64,000 bases of DNA, from contig CAWJIE010000003.1 in NCBI GenBank assembly GCA_963842885.1, forward strand, positions 352,001-416,000, in the 5' to 3' direction. Each line of letters begins with the position of its first letter. Within the stretch, counting starts at the first letter, position 1. This document shows, piece by piece, positions 59,381-64,000 of this stretch. The position numbers and the translations under genes were made by a program. Under the pieces are notes generated by a model, which was not told the DNA's origin, did not search any database, and was given only the letters and a program-made list of their open reading frames with translations. The DNA comes from an uncultured Nitrososphaerota archaeon. GTDB lineage: Archaea > Thermoproteota > Nitrososphaeria > Conexivisphaerales > DTJL01.

Positions 59381-60499
59381 TTGTTCGGGTTGGCCGTCAA
59401 TTTGTTGCAGCTCGCGGTCGACATCGGAGGGATCCTTGGCCTGGTGACCACGGCGTTCTTCCTCTCGTTCATGCTTTTCGGCCAGAGGCTCCAATACAGG
59501 ATGGCCTTGGGCGGCATCAGGCGCTCAGTCGAACGTCTGGACCTGATGAGCGGAAGGGTCAAGAAGGAAACGGTGGACTACCTGATCAATACTGGAGGGG
59601 CTCCAAGTAATGTGGCAGAAAGGGTGGACCAGCTTCTGGACTACATCACCATCATGCCCGTTGACCTTGACCCCTCGGGTATCGTGCCGAAGATAGAGCA
59701 CATAGCGAACACCGGCGACGAACACGTCCGTGCGGAGGTCAGGGAGTTGCTGAAAGACGCAGACCCTGTCTCCGTTTCGATCGCACAGAATCTCCTGGAG
59801 TTGTCGAGCGCCCTCAACATGATGCACAAGGTCGTCCGTCATTTCTACATAACAGGCCTGAAGACGAGGTCGTTCGCCACCTTATCTCAGCTGCAGATGG
59901 TGATGCCGCAGGTGCTTGAACAGGCCACGACTCTGGAGAGGGCCGTAGGTTCGATCAAGCTCGGGCAGCCGGTCGGCGACGGGATAGGCCCACTCGTAGC
60001 TTCGAAGTTCATCGGCAAGAAGGCGCAGGAGCCCATCGCCAGGGACACCACTCTATCGACTATCTCGTACAAGGGCAGGATCCTCTATGTCGTGAAGGCC
60101 GAAGGACCTGCGGGCTACGTCGGACAGCCAGGCGTGGCCATACAGAAGGTGGTGGAGGAAATGGGGGTCTCCCTCAACAGCATAATCATGGTCGATGCGG
60201 CGCTGAAACTCGAGGGGGAGCCGACGGGCGAGGTGGCGGAGGGGGTGGGAGCGGCGATAGGGGGGATTGGCGTCGAGAAGTTCCAGATAGAGGAGGTTGC
60301 ATCGAAACACAAGATACCGCTCTACGCCATCCTCGTCAAGGAGAGCGACCTCGAAGCCATCACCACGATGAAGCAGGAGATAGTGGATGCCATTCCGAAG
60401 GTCACGGGCATCATCTCCAAGATTATCGAGCAGAGGACCAAGGAAGGCGAGGGGGTCCTGCTTGCCGGCATCGGCAACACCTTGGGGATAGGCCAGTAA
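59381..60499 (+). CDS. DUF1512 family protein
   Basis: PVDLDPSGIV, PVGDGIGPLVA, VKAEGP, IIMVDAALKLEGE, GIGNTLGIGQ. Confidence 0.88.
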   Translation: MFGLAVNLLQLAVDIGGILGLVTTAFFLSFMLFGQRLQYRMALGGIRRSVERLDLMSGRVKKETVDYLINTGGAPSNVAERVDQLLDYITIMPVDLDPSGIVPKIEHIANTGDEHVRAEVRELLKDADPVSVSIAQNLLELSSALNMMHKVVRHFYITGLKTRSFATLSQLQMVMPQVLEQATTLERAVGSIKLGQPVGDGIGPLVASKFIGKKAQEPIARDTTLSTISYKGRILYVVKAEGPAGYVGQPGVAIQKVVEEMGVSLNSIIMVDAALKLEGEPTGEVAEGVGAAIGGIGVEKFQIEEVASKHKIPLYAILVKESDLEAITTMKQEIVDAIPKVTGIISKIIEQRTKEGEGVLLAGIGNTLGIGQ

Positions 60500-60529
60500 A
60501 CTGGAGGGCCTTCCTCCAGGCTCTCGGCT

Positions 60530-61105
60530 CTAGCTCCCTATCCTCAGTTTTTCCAAGTACTTCTTCCTTAGCTTGGCCACCTTTGGGGCGATGATGATGC
60601 GGCAGTAGGGCTGATGGGGGTTCTTCTTGAAGTAGCTCTGATGGTAGTCTTCCGCAGGATAGAACGCTTGGAAAGGTTTGACCTCAGTGACCGCCTCCTT
60701 CCCCCAGATTTCCGACGTGTTGACTTCCCTCATGACCCCATCGGCGTCGGCCTTCTGCCGGTCGTCATGGTACAGGATTATGGAACGATACTGGGTGCCG
60801 ACGTCCGCCCCTTGGCGGTTGGGCGTGGTAGGATCATGCATGGTGAAGAACACATGCAGGAGCTCCCGGTATGAAATCGCGCTAGGGTCAAAGGTGACCT
60901 GCACGACCTCGGCGTGACCGGTCGCGTCGCCGCAGACCATCTCGTAAGTGGGGTTGACCACATCGCCGCCCGAGTACCCCGAGACGACTTTCTCCACGCC
61001 ACGCAGCTCGCTGAAGATGGCGTCCAAGCACCAAAAGCACCCTCCGCCTAAGGTCGCCACCTCCATGGACGACGTTGGATACCCAACACTGTCAGAGGAT
61101 CCCAT
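60530..61105 (-). CDS. msrA: Peptide-methionine (S)-S-oxide reductase
   Basis: GGGCFWC, TGHAEVV, HDPT, QYRS, AEDYHQ, YC. Confidence 0.95.
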   Translation of the reverse strand: MGSSDSVGYPTSSMEVATLGGGCFWCLDAIFSELRGVEKVVSGYSGGDVVNPTYEMVCGDATGHAEVVQVTFDPSAISYRELLHVFFTMHDPTTPNRQGADVGTQYRSIILYHDDRQKADADGVMREVNTSEIWGKEAVTEVKPFQAFYPAEDYHQSYFKKNPHQPYCRIIIAPKVAKLRKKYLEKLRIGS

Positions 61106-61220
61106 TGCAATCCGCTCGAACCAAATGAACACATTTAACTTGCTAGCAAGAAAAGCGATCCCTGACATTATACATTCAGATTTAAATATCCAAATAGCGT
61201 ACCCTCCCGTTGAAGGAAAA

Positions 61221-61265
61221 GTGCCGGCAAAGAAGAAAGCTGCTAAGAAAGCCAAGAAGAAGTAA
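61221..61265 (+). CDS. Putative 14-aa Lys/Ala-rich peptide
   Basis: GTG start MPAKKKAAKKAKKK*; GAAGGA SD-like element and TTTAAATA TATA box at 61181. Confidence 0.5.
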   Translation: MPAKKKAAKKAKKK

Positions 61266-61621
61266 TTGGTTTTCGCTATTCTGTGAACCGTAATTCGTGG
61301 CATCCAGCATGCGCTCTCCGTACCCTTTTTTGGAGAGCCATTAATTGACAGACTAGACGCCGCCAGCAAGCCCATGGACGGCAAGATAAGGCGAAGGGAA
61401 AGGCTGGGCGGTGACGCATGCCATGGAGAGGTTTGCGAACGGCGTAAACATTCCGTACGGGCTTGCGAGCCACTTCCTTCCGGTGGTCTTCATCCTTGGC
61501 TTCCCGCTCAGCAACCAGATGTGGAGTCGCAAGGTTGAACATGTCAAGTCTCTGTGCGACACCGTGGCCCTTGACCTCAGAGTCCATGGAGGATTAGACA
61601 AACCCGACCTTCTGTTAGCAA

Positions 61622-61845
61622 TCAGATTTCCCTCGACTTCAGGGCTTCGTAGGTAGCGTGCGCGTTTTCCACCTGGAATACCACCCCAATCAGATCCGAG
61701 ATGGAGCTTCCCGCCATTTCGCGCAGCGCCAGCTCTACCCTCCGCCGTTAAAGAAGACGAACTCTCCGGGCAACGTGTATTTGACCTTCATGCCCAGCAC
61801 GTCCTGGTTGAAGGAGGCGGACCTAGTAAGCTCTCAACCGGGAGT
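61622..61845 (-). pseudogene. Degraded VOC/glyoxalase family gene
   Basis: Fragments LTRSASFNQDVLGMKVKYTLPGEFVFFNGGG and VELALRE...VVFQVENAHATYEALKSREI in shifted frames. Confidence 0.6.
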
Positions 61846-62017
61846 ATGACTTGACTCGTCTTCGCGAAACTCACAGGCCACCCGCCCAGTGGGTTTCGAA
61901 TTTGCCAGTTATGCGCGTTTAATTCCGGGGCGATGACGCTTCTAAGTCTGGAAATCCCCAGAGCTGCCGCTGGCCCACGATCAAGGACAAAGAAACCTGA
62001 TTACTGGGGCGGGTCGT

Positions 62018-63220
62018 TCAGACCTGCTTCTTCCTGCCTCTGAGAAGGACGAGGGCGAAGCTCAGAACCGCGATGACCAGGGCCACGATCACGGCGATGG
62101 TCAGCTGGAAAGTGTAGTCGTTGTTGGACGTCGCAACGGCACCTGGGCTCGCGTTCGTTGTCGTCAGAGAGGGGATCTGTGTCTGAAGAGTGGGCGTGCT
62201 TGAGCTGCTGCTCGAGAACTGCGTACTGATGAAGGCTGGAACCCCGCTGGCACTGTTCGATATTGTTCCCGAAGAAGAGGTGCCGGTGGGAGCCGACGTG
62301 ACCGTCGGCGCCACGACTCCTGTGCTCGCGTCGGACATGTACCAGTATGTCGGCTGCTGGACATGGAGCGTGATGGTAGCGCTGTTCTGCGGCGGAATGA
62401 TCAGCGCAGAGCCGCCCAGTCCAACATAGGTAGGCTGCCAATAGACCGTTACGTTGACGGTCTCTCCTCCGACGTTGACCGGAACGGTCGTCTGGTTGGT
62501 CGGCAGTTGCACCGAAATCCAATCCCAGGCGGTCACGTCGACCGGAACGCTCGGGACGGTGAGCTGGGCAACCCCGTCGGCGCCTGTCTGCGTGTACATC
62601 GTGAGGCTGGCGTCGGGCCCGTACCACCAGTACCATGCTCCCACGACTGACGCTGAAACGGAGGCATCGGCCGCAGCGGTCCCGTTGGCGAACAAGACCG
62701 TCACCGTAATCTGGGTGAGCGTTATGTTCTCAATGGGCAGCGTCTCGATGTTCAACGTCGTGGGGCCTGAGATCTGCTGGAGCTGGAAGCCGTATTCCGC
62801 TTTGGGATACTCGTAGGGAGACGGGATGACGTCTTTACCTGTCGAAGCACCGGCGGTCGATGCCGCTGATCCGGTCAGTGGCACCGGATATTGGTAGTAG
62901 CCCGTCTGGTCCATGGCTGACACGGTGAAAAGGTAGTTCCCGCTTGGCAGCTCGAAGGCCGCCGCGGGGTACATCGTCTGGGAGGACGACACCAGGAAAC
63001 CGCTGGAATTGTAGGCAGCGATTGTGAAGATGCCTTGCGTGATGTTGGTCGTCTGAGCGAAGATCTGGACGTTGTTGTAGGACGCGGCACCGAATGCCGG
63101 ACTCAGCGCAAGTCCTCCTACGCTGGCAAGGAGAACCCCCATGATCGAAATGGAAAGTAGCAGCGAGACGATCCTCTTGGCGCGATTAGGCTTGATGTTG
63201 GTCTGCATCTTGAAGTTCAT
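62018..63220 (-). CDS. Secreted Ser/Thr-rich cell-surface protein with C-terminal TM anchor
   Basis: Signal peptide, beta-rich domains, S/T linker, TM followed by RGRKK. Confidence 0.8.
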   Translation of the reverse strand: MNFKMQTNIKPNRAKRIVSLLLSISIMGVLLASVGGLALSPAFGAASYNNVQIFAQTTNITQGIFTIAAYNSSGFLVSSSQTMYPAAAFELPSGNYLFTVSAMDQTGYYQYPVPLTGSAASTAGASTGKDVIPSPYEYPKAEYGFQLQQISGPTTLNIETLPIENITLTQITVTVLFANGTAAADASVSASVVGAWYWWYGPDASLTMYTQTGADGVAQLTVPSVPVDVTAWDWISVQLPTNQTTVPVNVGGETVNVTVYWQPTYVGLGGSALIIPPQNSATITLHVQQPTYWYMSDASTGVVAPTVTSAPTGTSSSGTISNSASGVPAFISTQFSSSSSSTPTLQTQIPSLTTTNASPGAVATSNNDYTFQLTIAVIVALVIAVLSFALVLLRGRKKQV

Positions 63221-63581
63221 CTACCTGTGCTATCATCTTGAGGAGGCATAGCTCTAACCCAAAGAACAGTCGTTCAAATCCGCTGAACAGTCGTACTGTC
63301 CTGCCTGAGATGGGTTTCGAGTCCCGGCGAAGTCAAGGAGGAGTGCGAAGAGCTCAGGCCGAATATGAGACGGTCAGGCGAGCTTCGCTGCGTCTCGCAG
63401 AAGGCGGCCGAACTCGCTCTCGTCAATGTCAGCGGTCGTGCAAACCTTGGCTTGGCGATCCCTTTCCGGAGCCTCCGAGCCGGCTGGGTCTCAGCTCGGC
63501 GGCGGGGACACTGAAGGCGAGGACTGGGGGTCCTGACACGCGCCAAGACTTAAATGGGGCAGCCTTTCAATCCGCCGATGA

Positions 63582-64000
63582 ATGAACGCCAAGACCCTCT
63601 TCCTGGCTACAAGGCCCTGGTCGTTCACGATGACATTTTCATCCGTCACTCTCGGGACTCTGATCGCCGCCCTGGCAGGCAGGTTCAACGCACTCTTTTA
63701 CGTCCTCACCTTGGGGGGGATGATAGCGTTCCACGCGGCCACCAACCTCCTCAACGACTTCTATGATGTGAAGCACGGCGTGGATAAGGTGGGAGCCCCT
63801 ACGACCAAGTACAGGCCACACCCGTCGGCCACCGGCCAGGAGTCCCCTTACACGATAAGGAGGTGGGCGGTCATCTTCTACCTGCTCACCATCGCTGTCG
63901 CAGGGTTTCTTTCGATTCAGGCGAGCCCATGGGTGGCGGTCCTCGTGGCCCTCGGCATCATCGGCAGCGTCCTCTACACCGCCGACCCCGTGATCCTGAA
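63582..64000 (+). CDS. menA: UbiA-family prenyltransferase (MenA-like), truncated by the window end
   Basis: Hand translation MNAKTLFLATRPWSFTMT...HAATNLLNDFYDVKHGVD...SVLYTADP. Confidence 0.85.
   Translation, partial: MNAKTLFLATRPWSFTMTFSSVTLGTLIAALAGRFNALFYVLTLGGMIAFHAATNLLNDFYDVKHGVDKVGAPTTKYRPHPSATGQESPYTIRRWAVIFYLLTIAVAGFLSIQASPWVAVLVALGIIGSVLYTADPVIL

Noticed and set aside
59255-60499. TAG readthrough joining the 37-aa peptide to DUF1512
   Set aside because: DUF1512 has its own SD-like AAGGAG and a TTG start right after the TAG, so two separate genes is the simpler reading
63305-63330. GGGTTTCGAGTCCC T-arm-like motif as a tRNA or att fragment
   Set aside because: No acceptor, D or anticodon arms around it and no matching copy found

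Overview
GC-rich archaeal chromosome segment. The gene content (geranylgeranyl reductase, pyruvoyl arginine decarboxylase, DUF1512, SelB-like factor, intron-containing tRNA-Phe, TATA-box promoters) suggests a non-ammonia-oxidising Nitrososphaerota/TACK-type archaeon; this assignment is inference. Positions 1-29.8 kb and 48.2-64 kb hold mostly housekeeping and stress genes. Several genes, especially after 38 kb, are split by single-base frameshifts that look like long-read errors. Positions ~29.8-48.1 kb are an accessory region: convergent ABC exporter genes with a duplicated 40-bp promoter/operator, membrane-tethered wHTH regulators, an integrase remnant, an archaeal ATPase and an uninterrupted zinc-ribbon tyrosine recombinase gene. 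The most striking feature is an unannotated non-coding array at ~45101-45900, about 0.7 kb downstream of the recombinase. It has eight 103-105 bp units. Each carries two ATGAGAC-like boxes exactly 34 bp apart, enclosed by inverted arms that change in a compensatory way along the array. It does not fit CRISPR, TIGR or canonical attC and is the best candidate for an undescribed system.
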